NCBI GenBank assembly: GCA_963663805.2
Contig: CAXXMR010000011.1
Location: forward strand, 96,001 to 160,000
Origin: Sedimentisphaerales bacterium
GTDB taxonomy: Bacteria > Planctomycetota > Phycisphaerae > Sedimentisphaerales > SM23-30
Direction: 5' to 3'
Length of the DNA stretch: 64,000 nt
The notes below the pieces were generated by a model. It saw only the letters and a list, made by a program, of their open reading frames with translations, searched no databases and was not told the origin of the DNA. Made by a program: the position numbers and the translations under genes. Below are positions 1-8,659 of the stretch, piece by piece; position 1 is the first letter of the stretch; the number at the start of each line of letters is the position of its first letter.

Positions 1-2
1 AT

Positions 3-227
3 CGCGACAGCGAACCGGGCGGCTATCGCTCTCGTGAAGTTCGTAAGTTCCCGCTGAGAGGCACATTGGCGGGGTATAAGACCATGACGGTCAATGAGAT
101 TAAGGCGGCGTTATATGCACTCTTTAAGGCGTCCCAAATGCGTGTGCCGCCGATGCTGAACCCGGAAACGGCTCAGCCGGTGGAGATGAATTTCTATGCT
201 GATGCTACGGATGTTTTGGAATCATAA
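3..227 (+). CDS. Phage hypothetical protein, 5'-truncated by window edge
   Basis: Frame 3 open from window start (RDSEPGG...DATDVLES*), followed by the RBS of the next gene. Confidence 0.6.
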   Translation, partial: RDSEPGGYRSREVRKFPLRGTLAGYKTMTVNEIKAALYALFKASQMRVPPMLNPETAQPVEMNFYADATDVLES

Positions 228-242
228 GAACAGGAGTAAACG

Positions 243-419
243 ATGAAAATCATGATGGATGAAGAAGCCCAGCGGGCTTTTGCGATGGTCGCAGACGCAG
301 CCTTGAAAGCTGGCGGTATGCAGATGTTACAACCGGTCAACGCATTGATGGCGGCGGCCAGGGCAGCAGCTACCGAAACTATTAGTAAACCTGAAAAGGA
401 TAAAGCTGATGGCGAATGA
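243..419 (+). CDS. Small phage hypothetical protein (58 aa)
   Basis: RBS CAGGAG at 231-236; MKIMMDEEAQRAFAMVADAALKAGG...; overlaps the next start; below the ORF-track cutoff. Confidence 0.7.
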   Translation: MKIMMDEEAQRAFAMVADAALKAGGMQMLQPVNALMAAARAAATETISKPEKDKADGE

Positions 420-1035
420 GCTAATTCTTACTTACGCCAAAACCGGGGCAACCGTTACGGCCAAGGCATTCTATAATAATGCCGGAACCATGACCCAGCG
501 GACCGGCATAGCGTCGCTAACCGAAGATGTTGCGGGTATCTACGGTGGCGATGCAGCGGATATTACGGGCCTGACGGCTGGTGATACGGTGGTTTATTAC
601 GATGGCTCTGTCATTGTCGGTTCGGAAACTTACGGATTGGTATCACAAATACAAAGCGGGTTGGCGTTAAGTACAGAAATAGCGGCTTTGCAATCTCATG
701 GCGATTCAACCTGGCCCACTGCTACGGGCTTTGCCGTACCGGGCAGTCAAATGGCTTTAACCACCGCTACTATAACCAGCGTTAAAGATGGCCTGTCAAC
801 ACACTCGGCCTCTGATGCCGCTACAGCGGTCTTGAATTCTACTGGCATTACGGCGGGTGGTACCTGGACCTTGCGGAAAATCCTGAAGGTTATGGCAGCC
901 TGGGCGGTTGGCAAGTGGGAAAATGGCGATGATGCAGGCACTTATAAAATACGTGATGCCGAAAGTGTCGGCACTACAGTTATGATTGTAACCCCATCTT
1001 CAAGTAGTCCGCAGAAAGTGACGGCGGTATTGTGA
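409..1035 (+). CDS. Phage hypothetical protein, probably virion structural
   Basis: 208-aa Thr/Gly/Ala-rich ORF in the structural operon with coupled overlaps. Confidence 0.7.
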   Translation: MANELILTYAKTGATVTAKAFYNNAGTMTQRTGIASLTEDVAGIYGGDAADITGLTAGDTVVYYDGSVIVGSETYGLVSQIQSGLALSTEIAALQSHGDSTWPTATGFAVPGSQMALTTATITSVKDGLSTHSASDAATAVLNSTGITAGGTWTLRKILKVMAAWAVGKWENGDDAGTYKIRDAESVGTTVMIVTPSSSSPQKVTAVL

Positions 1036-1397
1036 CAACAACCTTAGACACAAAGCTCATCTCCAAAGTCAAAACATTGGTCGAAAAGTATGGTACCAAC
1101 GCCGTCTTTACGGCTAACGCCGGTGATTATGACCCAACTACCGGCACGGTTGACTCTGATACTGCTACACACACGGCAAAAGTTACACCACCTCAGCAAT
1201 ACAAACAGCATTTGATTGATGGTGATGTGATTCGGATTGGTGATGCTCAGGTTTACTTGCCTGCTCAGGATTTAACTTTTACGCCGGCAATTGGCATTAT
1301 GGTAAGCGTTGCAGGGTCAAGCTGGCAGATAATGAATGTCAATCCCATTTATACCGGTGACAATGTGGCCCTTTATGAATTGCAGTTGCGGAAATAA
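1032..1397 (+). CDS. Phage head-closure / head-tail joining protein
   Basis: YDPTTG and LIDGDVIRIGD motifs; position before the gp10-like gene. Confidence 0.65.
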   Translation: MTTTLDTKLISKVKTLVEKYGTNAVFTANAGDYDPTTGTVDSDTATHTAKVTPPQQYKQHLIDGDVIRIGDAQVYLPAQDLTFTPAIGIMVSVAGSSWQIMNVNPIYTGDNVALYELQLRK

Positions 1398-1399
1398 AA

Positions 1400-1838
1400 A
1401 TGGATGTAAACAGTAAAAATTTCATTAAAGCAGTTTTTAAGCACGGGGCAAATATGCCTGTTGATGCAGTTATCAAAGTGCAAAAGAAACTTGCAATTCA
1501 GGCCTTGCGTCGCGTGATAATGAAAACCCCGGTCGATACCGGTCCGGGCTCGTGGCAACTGGCAACTGACGATTAACAAACTTCCTTCCGGGGAATTGGA
1601 TGTAGAAGTTGGAGATAAGCACGGTAAGCCGCTTGAGAAATTACCGCCCTTAAAAAACTATGGGCAAAAGTCTTTGGAAGCGGGCTTGAAAAACCTGAAA
1701 GATTTAGGAGCGTTCCAGATCGTTTATATCGCCAACAACGTCAATTATATTATCTATCTGGAGGATGGCACCAGTAAACAGGCCCCGGAAGGAATGGTAG
1801 CTATTACAATGCAGGAGCTTGCCGATGAATACAAATGA
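1400..1838 (+). pseudogene. HK97 gp10-family tail-completion gene with a 1-bp insertion at ~1544-1545
   Basis: ATG 1400 frame ends TPVDTG-PGS...*; removing one C restores TPVDTGRARGNWQ and joins the ORF ending 1838 (IANNVNYIIYLEDGTSKQAPEGMV). Confidence 0.8.
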
Positions 1839-2220
1839 GATAGCTATTGCCATTCGTACCCGGTTCAAAACCTTGATTGCCGACATTTACAGTTTGCCAA
1901 CCCAGTACGACAATCAGGATTTCCATCACCCGGCCAATTCCTTATGGGCCAGGGCTTCGGTCAGATTTGCTGATAGTAAAACTGTATCGCTCAAAAGAGG
2001 CCGCAAGCGGGGCATTCTGTTTGTGCAGCTTTTTTATCCCTATGGCCAGGGCGATGCTGCACCTTTAGCAATGGCTGATAATATCGAAAACAAATTCCAC
2101 GGCGTTACCGCAGGTGGAATAGTTTATAGAACACCCACCTCAAGACCTGTTGGAAGGTCAGAGAAATGGTGGCAAGTTAATGTTGAATGTCCGTTTTATT
2201 GTGACAACGTAACTTCGTAA
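1825..2220 (+). CDS. Phage tail terminator-like protein
   Basis: Position before the tube gene; GILFVQLFYPYGQG and WWQVNVECPF motifs; RBS CAGGAG. Confidence 0.7.
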   Translation: MNTNEIAIAIRTRFKTLIADIYSLPTQYDNQDFHHPANSLWARASVRFADSKTVSLKRGRKRGILFVQLFYPYGQGDAAPLAMADNIENKFHGVTAGGIVYRTPTSRPVGRSEKWWQVNVECPFYCDNVTS

Positions 2221-2244
2221 CTTCATAAAATAGGAGACAAAATA

Positions 2245-3393
2245 ATGTCAGATTCAGATCGTGTACAATTAGCGTTTATCGAAGAAACCACGTTTGGTGA
2301 AGCCAAGACCGGTTCTAACCTGCAAAAGCTCAGATGTACCGGCGAAAGTTTGGCCCAGACATCCAACACTCAAAAGAGTGCGGAGTTGCGGCCCGACCGT
2401 CAAATCACCAATATCATTCGTACCAGCAAGCAAGCCGGGGGTGATATTCCTTTTGAGCTTAGCTATGGTACTTATGATGACTTTCTTCAGGCAGCCTTAC
2501 AGAGCGGCGACTGGTCTGCTGCTGTGACTGTAACAGCTTCCACCATTGCGGCGGTGGAGTCAGGCAATACCATTACCGATTCTGGCAATGGATTTGGTAG
2601 TTTGGTTGCCAACCAGTGGGTTTATATCGACGGATTTGATACTGCCGCAAACAACGGTTTTTTTAAGATTGTAACGGCAGCAGCGGGCCAAATTACAGTA
2701 AGCGGCGGCACGTTGGTTGACGAATCGGCTGGTGAGAGTGTAACCATTACAATGGGTGGTCAGATTGTCAATTCAACCACCCTAAAAACCTTCAATGTTG
2801 AACGGCAATATACCGACCTTTCTGAAGAATTCAGTTTGTTTATCGGTGTAGCGATTGACACCTTCAACCTGTCTGTTCCCGCTGAAGGTATTGTTACCGG
2901 CAATTTTGGGATTTTGGGTCTCGAAGAAGAGAGCAAATCTGCATCAGCCGGTAGCGGTTACGACGCTGTAACTACGACAAACGCTATTGATACCTCAGAC
3001 GATGCCGCCAAGCTACTCGAAAGCAATGTCAGCTGTGACATGATAGAGTTTTCGCTATCGGTTTCCAATCAGTTGAGGCGTAGGCCACAAGTCGGACCCC
3101 AGAAAACGCCCGGAAGTGGACGAATTAACACAACCGGCACCATGAAAGCCTATTATGAAAATAAAACACTATATGACAAAGCCTTGAATATGACAGCATC
3201 ATCGGTGGCCCTGTGTGTCCAGGACGACGCAGGCAACGGTTATGTTATCGAAATGCCGCAACTGAAGTTCACGGATGGCAAACGCATTTCTGGTTCTGCC
3301 GAAACTGATGTCATTGCGGACATGTCCTGGGAAGCCTACATGGATCCCACTGAAGGTATTACGATTCGTATCGCACGGTTCCCGGTTGCGTAA
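2245..3393 (+). CDS. Major tail tube protein with an inserted beta-domain
   Basis: ETTFG / SAELRPDRQ / GGDIPFELSY tube-family motifs; strong RBS AGGAG. Confidence 0.8.
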   Translation: MSDSDRVQLAFIEETTFGEAKTGSNLQKLRCTGESLAQTSNTQKSAELRPDRQITNIIRTSKQAGGDIPFELSYGTYDDFLQAALQSGDWSAAVTVTASTIAAVESGNTITDSGNGFGSLVANQWVYIDGFDTAANNGFFKIVTAAAGQITVSGGTLVDESAGESVTITMGGQIVNSTTLKTFNVERQYTDLSEEFSLFIGVAIDTFNLSVPAEGIVTGNFGILGLEEESKSASAGSGYDAVTTTNAIDTSDDAAKLLESNVSCDMIEFSLSVSNQLRRRPQVGPQKTPGSGRINTTGTMKAYYENKTLYDKALNMTASSVALCVQDDAGNGYVIEMPQLKFTDGKRISGSAETDVIADMSWEAYMDPTEGITIRIARFPVA

Positions 3394-3441
3394 ACCCGGG
3401 ATTTATTAACTTCATACATTTTTTTACAGGAGCAAATTATT

Positions 3442-3843
3442 ATGGCGTTTGAAATTAACAATCTGAAAACCAATAAGGATATGGAAACCGAAGGCGTCTG
3501 GATTGATGAGGAAGGCGGCTTGCGGCTCAAGATCGCCCGGCTCAACAACCCCAACTATAAGCGGGCTATCGCTCGTGGAAGCAAGCCATATCGCAAGCAG
3601 ATAGCCAACGGTGCTATTGATAAGATTGGCGACAAAATGGAAGAAGTTGTCCGCAAGGCTTACGCCAAACATATTCTTTTGGACTGGAAAAATCTGGTTG
3701 AAGATGGCATTGAGCTTGAATACAGCGAGGCTGAGGCTTACCGCCTGTTGGGTATTCAGGAATTCTTCGAGATTGTCGAGTCTCACGCTCAGGATGCTGA
3801 ATTGTATCGTGACGCTGAGCGTGAGGAATCTGAGGGAAACTAA
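3442..3843 (+). CDS. Tail assembly chaperone (lambda gpG analogue)
   Basis: Between tube and tape measure; EGVW...LKIAR..NPNY motif; ends in slippery G-GGA-AAC. Confidence 0.8.
   Translation: MAFEINNLKTNKDMETEGVWIDEEGGLRLKIARLNNPNYKRAIARGSKPYRKQIANGAIDKIGDKMEEVVRKAYAKHILLDWKNLVEDGIELEYSEAEAYRLLGIQEFFEIVESHAQDAELYRDAEREESEGN
3834..3840 (+). promoter_or_regulatory. -1 programmed ribosomal frameshift site GGGAAAC
   Basis: X-XXY-YYZ heptamer immediately before TAA; the -1 frame is open into ORF 3882-4190. Confidence 0.85.
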
Positions 3844-4190
3844 TCGAATGCCTCAGGTTTGAACTAATCTGGGGCAAAACTTTGTGGCTCCTGGAAAAGC
3901 GTGCAGCGGAGGGCAAGTCAAGCCCGGCACTTGACAACCGTCCTTCGCTGTATGCTGACCTTGAGGAAGTATGGCAGGCATTTAGTGAACTTAATCGAAC
4001 GCGACAATCAGGATTCGGCCCAGCGGCAATTACCATTGAAAGCATTGTCCAATGGCTGGATTTACACGGTATCGACGACCAGTCAAGCCGGTTGGAATAT
4101 TACGAACTGATAATCGCTATGGACTGCGAATATCTCAAATGGGCTAAAGAACAGAGTGAAAAAGATAGGCCACGGAAGGCAACGAAATGA
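3834..4190 (+). CDS. Tail assembly chaperone, frameshifted C-terminal part (gpGT analogue)
   Basis: -1 frame relative to gpG; VWQAFSELNRTRQSGFGPAAIT motif. Confidence 0.75.
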   Translation, partial: GKLIECLRFELIWGKTLWLLEKRAAEGKSSPALDNRPSLYADLEEVWQAFSELNRTRQSGFGPAAITIESIVQWLDLHGIDDQSSRLEYYELIIAMDCEYLKWAKEQSEKDRPRKATK

Positions 4191-7183
4191 GCAATAAAGC
4201 AGAAACCTTATTTTTGGCTATTGATGCCCGCAGAGCTCAGGCCGGGGCCCGTCAGTTTGAGCAGGCCGCTCGTGGCGTCGGCGGGGCTGCATCATCTGCC
4301 CAACGCCTTATCATGGGGTTGGCTGGCAGTATTAGTGCGGCATTTGCCGTTCGACAGATTTATCGTGATATTGCCCAGTTTGAGACTGGGTTGGTTGGCG
4401 TTGGTAAAACCACCAATATGCTCGGTAGAGAGCTTGACGCTCTGGGCCAGTCCGTTATCAACCTTTCCACGGTTATTCCCGTCTCAACTTCGGAATTACT
4501 GGAAATCGGTCAGGCTGCGGGCCAGTTAGGTGTAACTGGTGCGGATAATATCCTCAAATTTACTGATACGGTTGCCAAACTGGGAACTGCTTCGGATTTG
4601 GCAGGTGAGGAAGCGGCAACGGTTTTGGCTCGAATGCTTAACGTTACCGGTGAGGCGGTCGGCACGGTTGATACTCTAGCTTCGGTTATTGTTGCTCTGG
4701 GCAACACCTCAGCGGCCACCGAGAAAGAAATCGCCCATCATGCCACGATGGTAGCTCAAGCTACCGCCGTCTACAATACCAGTTCCGCTGAGGCATCGGC
4801 TTTGGGTGCGGCTCTGGCGGCATTGGGGATGCGTGCCGAGTTGGGCGGTTCTTCGGTCGGTCGGGCTTACCGGGCTATGGACGCCGCTATACGAGGTCAT
4901 GGCCAGGAACTCAAATTACTGGCAGAAATTACCGGGCAAACTGGTGATGAAATTACCGAAACCTTCAAGAATAATTCTACTGAAGCCTTCCAGTTATTCT
5001 TGAAGGGGTTGGACCGGGTGATTGACAGCGGTGGTGATGTCAACCGGGTTCTGGCTGCGTTTGGCTTACAGGGTGAGGAAATATTGAAGACCTTACCTAC
5101 TTTGGCCAAGAATTATGACCTGGTATCCAAGTCATTAAAGACAGCCAGAGGTGAACTTGAAAATACCACCGCCCTGGAGACTGAGGCTTCTCGGGCTTTT
5201 GGTACTTTGGAAAGCAAAGTAAAGATATTTGGAAATACGATAAGTGCCATAATCCTCAAATTAAGAAAATCAACAGGGCCGTTAGCTGAGTTTGTGGGTA
5301 ATGCCACAGAGGCCACAAAAATACTGTTTGGCTTAAAAGATGAGAGCAAGGAAACTTCTGATAGTGTTTTGATTATGACCAAAAGCATAAAGGCCGCTAC
5401 TGCTGCATTAGCAGTTTTTATGGCAGTTAGAGCGATTGGCCATATCTATACATTGATTGCCGCTGTAGGTGGATTAACAGGAGCTTTCAAGGCATTGGCC
5501 ATTACAATTTCAGCTAATCCCATAGGTTTAATCGCTGTTGGTATAACAGCTGCGGTAGCAGCCCTGATATATTTCAAGGATGAAGTAATAACTATTGGCG
5601 ACAAAACGATGAGTGTTGGGGATATTTGTGTTGCTACATGGGAATATATTCGTGAGGTTGCAGCATATACCTTCAAAAATATTGTAGAGTTTGGAGTTTG
5701 GTTTAAGGATTCAGTCATTGATGCCTGGAAACTTCTATCTAAAGCATGGCAAAAACTCACCAAGTTTTTGGGCATAGATTGGGAACAGGTAGTCAACTTT
5801 CTTTGGGACACAATAAAGACGTGGGGTAATGCAGTAGAAGGTATTTTTCGTGGATTAATTGGAACTATCAAAGTTCTATTTAATATCATGAAAGACACTG
5901 TGATGGCTTGGGCAGAATTTGATATAAATAGCCCTATTGATTCTCTTGGGAAAGTTAAAGACGCTCTTGCCGAGGCTATGGACCCGTCAAAGGCCGTAGA
6001 GAAAATTAAAGACGTTTGGGCGGATGCCATGTCACATGATTATATCGGCAATTCCATCAAGTTTGGCAAATTAGGTGCTCAGTCTGTTGTTGACGGCTGG
6101 AAAGAGTTTATGGGAGACCAGGGATACAAAGAATGGGAAAGGCTTTTTAATCCCAGCAAGGTTGTTACGGGCATTCTAGACCGGGCTTCATCCATGAAAC
6201 AAGAACGAGATGCAACGTTGGCCCAACAGGAATTTGAAAAAAACATTTTGGGCATGTGGGACAAAGCCAAAAATGCCGCACAAGGCTACTGGAATAAAGT
6301 TAAAGAGCTTATGGGTGGTGGCAGCAATTCTGCAACCAGTAGTTCAGTCAGTAACAATAATATTTACAATCCAGAGGCTGAAAAAATTATAGAACGACTC
6401 AACCAAGAATTGAAGCTGCTGGGCATGACTACCGATGCTCAGGGCCGGTATAGGTTAGAGCTTGAGTTAATCGAGGCTGGTTTAATTAAAGGCACGGCTG
6501 CTTATGACAAATATTACGGCCAGTTAGAAAAACTCTATGAGCAATTGGAGCAGTCGAAAGAGATTAAACAGTTTGCTGATAATATGGGGCAAGCCTTTGG
6601 TGATGCCTTTTTGGACATGGCCACTGGTGCAAAGTCTGCCTCCGACGCTATCAGAGATTTAACCCAATCTATTGCCCGTATGGTTTTGCAGGAAACAGTC
6701 GGGAATAAAATCAGCGGTTTGATTTCTAATGGCATACAAGGCCTTTTCAGTCCTTCTACCACCTCAACCAACAACGCATCCGCAACCAGTGGTATGGGCG
6801 ATTATTACTTCCCGCAAAATGGCCCTGTGGCCAATGCTCTGGGTAATATCTTCGACCGGGGCCAGGTGGTTCCCTTTGCGGATGGCGGCATATTCGACCA
6901 ACCCACCTATTTCCCCATGAGCGGACGCAGGACGGGTTTAATGGGTGAAGCCGGGCCGGAAGGCGTCCTCCCTCTTTCGAGGTCTTATGATGGCAAATTG
7001 GGCGTCCAGGCCCGCGTTCCGGATGTCAATATGCAAATCAACGTTGTCAACGAGAGTAGTCAGCCGGTAACCGCCGAGCAGGGCTCCATCGAGTTCGACG
7101 GTGAGAAGTTTGTCAAAACTATCATTCTGAAAGACCTGTCAGAAAATGGAAGCCTTCGTAAAGCATTTAAGGGGCTAAGATAA
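4187..7183 (+). CDS. Tail tape measure protein (TP901-like N-terminal domain)
   Basis: 998 aa, Ala/Gly-rich helical; ANPIGLI and GLMGEAGPEGVLPL motifs. Confidence 0.92.
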   Translation: MSNKAETLFLAIDARRAQAGARQFEQAARGVGGAASSAQRLIMGLAGSISAAFAVRQIYRDIAQFETGLVGVGKTTNMLGRELDALGQSVINLSTVIPVSTSELLEIGQAAGQLGVTGADNILKFTDTVAKLGTASDLAGEEAATVLARMLNVTGEAVGTVDTLASVIVALGNTSAATEKEIAHHATMVAQATAVYNTSSAEASALGAALAALGMRAELGGSSVGRAYRAMDAAIRGHGQELKLLAEITGQTGDEITETFKNNSTEAFQLFLKGLDRVIDSGGDVNRVLAAFGLQGEEILKTLPTLAKNYDLVSKSLKTARGELENTTALETEASRAFGTLESKVKIFGNTISAIILKLRKSTGPLAEFVGNATEATKILFGLKDESKETSDSVLIMTKSIKAATAALAVFMAVRAIGHIYTLIAAVGGLTGAFKALAITISANPIGLIAVGITAAVAALIYFKDEVITIGDKTMSVGDICVATWEYIREVAAYTFKNIVEFGVWFKDSVIDAWKLLSKAWQKLTKFLGIDWEQVVNFLWDTIKTWGNAVEGIFRGLIGTIKVLFNIMKDTVMAWAEFDINSPIDSLGKVKDALAEAMDPSKAVEKIKDVWADAMSHDYIGNSIKFGKLGAQSVVDGWKEFMGDQGYKEWERLFNPSKVVTGILDRASSMKQERDATLAQQEFEKNILGMWDKAKNAAQGYWNKVKELMGGGSNSATSSSVSNNNIYNPEAEKIIERLNQELKLLGMTTDAQGRYRLELELIEAGLIKGTAAYDKYYGQLEKLYEQLEQSKEIKQFADNMGQAFGDAFLDMATGAKSASDAIRDLTQSIARMVLQETVGNKISGLISNGIQGLFSPSTTSTNNASATSGMGDYYFPQNGPVANALGNIFDRGQVVPFADGGIFDQPTYFPMSGRRTGLMGEAGPEGVLPLSRSYDGKLGVQARVPDVNMQINVVNESSQPVTAEQGSIEFDGEKFVKTIILKDLSENGSLRKAFKGLR

Positions 7184-7645
7184 ATGGGCATAGCAAGTAA
7201 TAACATAATCGCATTGGTTACAGGTGGCGCACTGACAGATGACAATCAGCCAGTAATTGACGGCAATGTCTTCCCGACTCTGTCTTGCCAGCCGGATTCC
7301 AGCTTATTCACCGAAAAGCCCGCTTCTGACCCCACTATAAGGAGCCAGTCGGAAAGCGGCGCTGTGATTACACGGGCCAGATTCACCACCATTGCCAAGG
7401 TCTGGGATTTGCGATACCGCTTTATGCTAGCCAGCGACAAAACCACTTTGACGGCTTTTGAAAAAACTGTGAATTATGGTAGCGGTGAGTTCTGGTGGTT
7501 ACATCCGCTCGATAACCAATATTACAAAGTCAAGTTTGCCGAGTCTGTCAATTATCAAATAGAGCCGGATAATGGTTCAGCTTACCAGTGTTCTTTTAAG
7601 CTGGTAGAAGCATATCCAGAAAGCGTTACAGGAACAATATCATGA
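7184..7645 (+). CDS. Distal tail / minor tail protein (gpM-like)
   Basis: Follows tape measure; FWWLHP motif and size. Confidence 0.65.
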   Translation: MGIASNNIIALVTGGALTDDNQPVIDGNVFPTLSCQPDSSLFTEKPASDPTIRSQSESGAVITRARFTTIAKVWDLRYRFMLASDKTTLTAFEKTVNYGSGEFWWLHPLDNQYYKVKFAESVNYQIEPDNGSAYQCSFKLVEAYPESVTGTIS

Positions 7646-8274
7646 TTAACCTGCCTTTATCGTTAGCATTGGAAAAAAACAAAATGAGCCAAAGTCCCTG
7701 GCTTATCCTGTTACATATCGAACTGGTCAATCCTCAGGATGAAGAGGATACCGAAGATATTTATATCGTCCAGAATACCGAAAACATCACTTATCAGGGG
7801 CAGGAATATACTGCTTTCCCGTTTGAGATTTCTGCAACCAAAAATACCATGCAGGGTGATTTATCGTCTTTGAAGCTCAAAGTTAGTAATGTAACCAGAA
7901 CCCTGCAAAGCAGCTTACAGGCTTACCGGGGTGGCTTGGGCTCAACGGTAAGAATGACGGTCGTTAATGCGGCTCACTTGGGCACTGCCTGCCCTGAATT
8001 GGAAGAGACTTATATTATCACCGATTGTTCATCTGATGCCCAATGGGTAGATTTTACGCTGGGCGGTCCCAATCCGCTGCGCCAGAAATTCCCCAAGGAT
8101 ATTTATAATCCTTACCACTGTAACTGGCGGTTCAAAAGCTGTGAATGCGGCTATACTGGCACCACTTATACCGAATGCAACCGGTCTTATTCTGATTGTG
8201 TGGAACGGGGCCAGGCCCTTAATTTTGGAGGCTTCTTGGGCCTCAGATCGGGGGCTTTACGTGTTGTGGGATAA
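7642..8274 (+). CDS. Tail tip protein (gpL / DUF1833-like)
   Basis: YTAFPFEI, LKVSNV and C-terminal Cys cluster C.W.F...ECGY.G...C..S..DC....NFGGF. Confidence 0.8.
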   Translation: MINLPLSLALEKNKMSQSPWLILLHIELVNPQDEEDTEDIYIVQNTENITYQGQEYTAFPFEISATKNTMQGDLSSLKLKVSNVTRTLQSSLQAYRGGLGSTVRMTVVNAAHLGTACPELEETYIITDCSSDAQWVDFTLGGPNPLRQKFPKDIYNPYHCNWRFKSCECGYTGTTYTECNRSYSDCVERGQALNFGGFLGLRSGALRVVG

Positions 8275-8659
8275 TTTTTTGGGAAAGAAATTTCAGGCTG
8301 ATGGTCGTGGCCCGGATGTTTATGACTGTTACGGCCTGTGCATAGCTGTCTTAGCTGAACAGAATATTATTCTGCCTGATTATCAGGTGGGTGACATGCT
8401 GGAACGCCAGCATCATTTGTTTATGTTTGAATCGGAAACCAATTTTATCAAGATTCCCGAACCCATACCATTTTGCCTGGTGGCTTTTTCGGTCATCAAT
8501 CCTTATGTAACTCATATCGGGGTAGTGCATCCTGATTTAGATAAGTTTATCCATTTATTGAACAATCGTCCGTCTTGTATTGAACCGTTAAATCGTCCAA
8601 CGTGGAAAAATCGTAAAATAGGATATTATATTCATGCCTCAATTAGTCAAAATCCATAA
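8261..8659 (+). CDS. NlpC/P60 tail assembly protein (gpK-like)
   Basis: GRGPDVYDCYGL ... HIGV ... FIH catalytic motifs; start approximate. Confidence 0.8.
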   Translation: MLWDNFLGKKFQADGRGPDVYDCYGLCIAVLAEQNIILPDYQVGDMLERQHHLFMFESETNFIKIPEPIPFCLVAFSVINPYVTHIGVVHPDLDKFIHLLNNRPSCIEPLNRPTWKNRKIGYYIHASISQNP

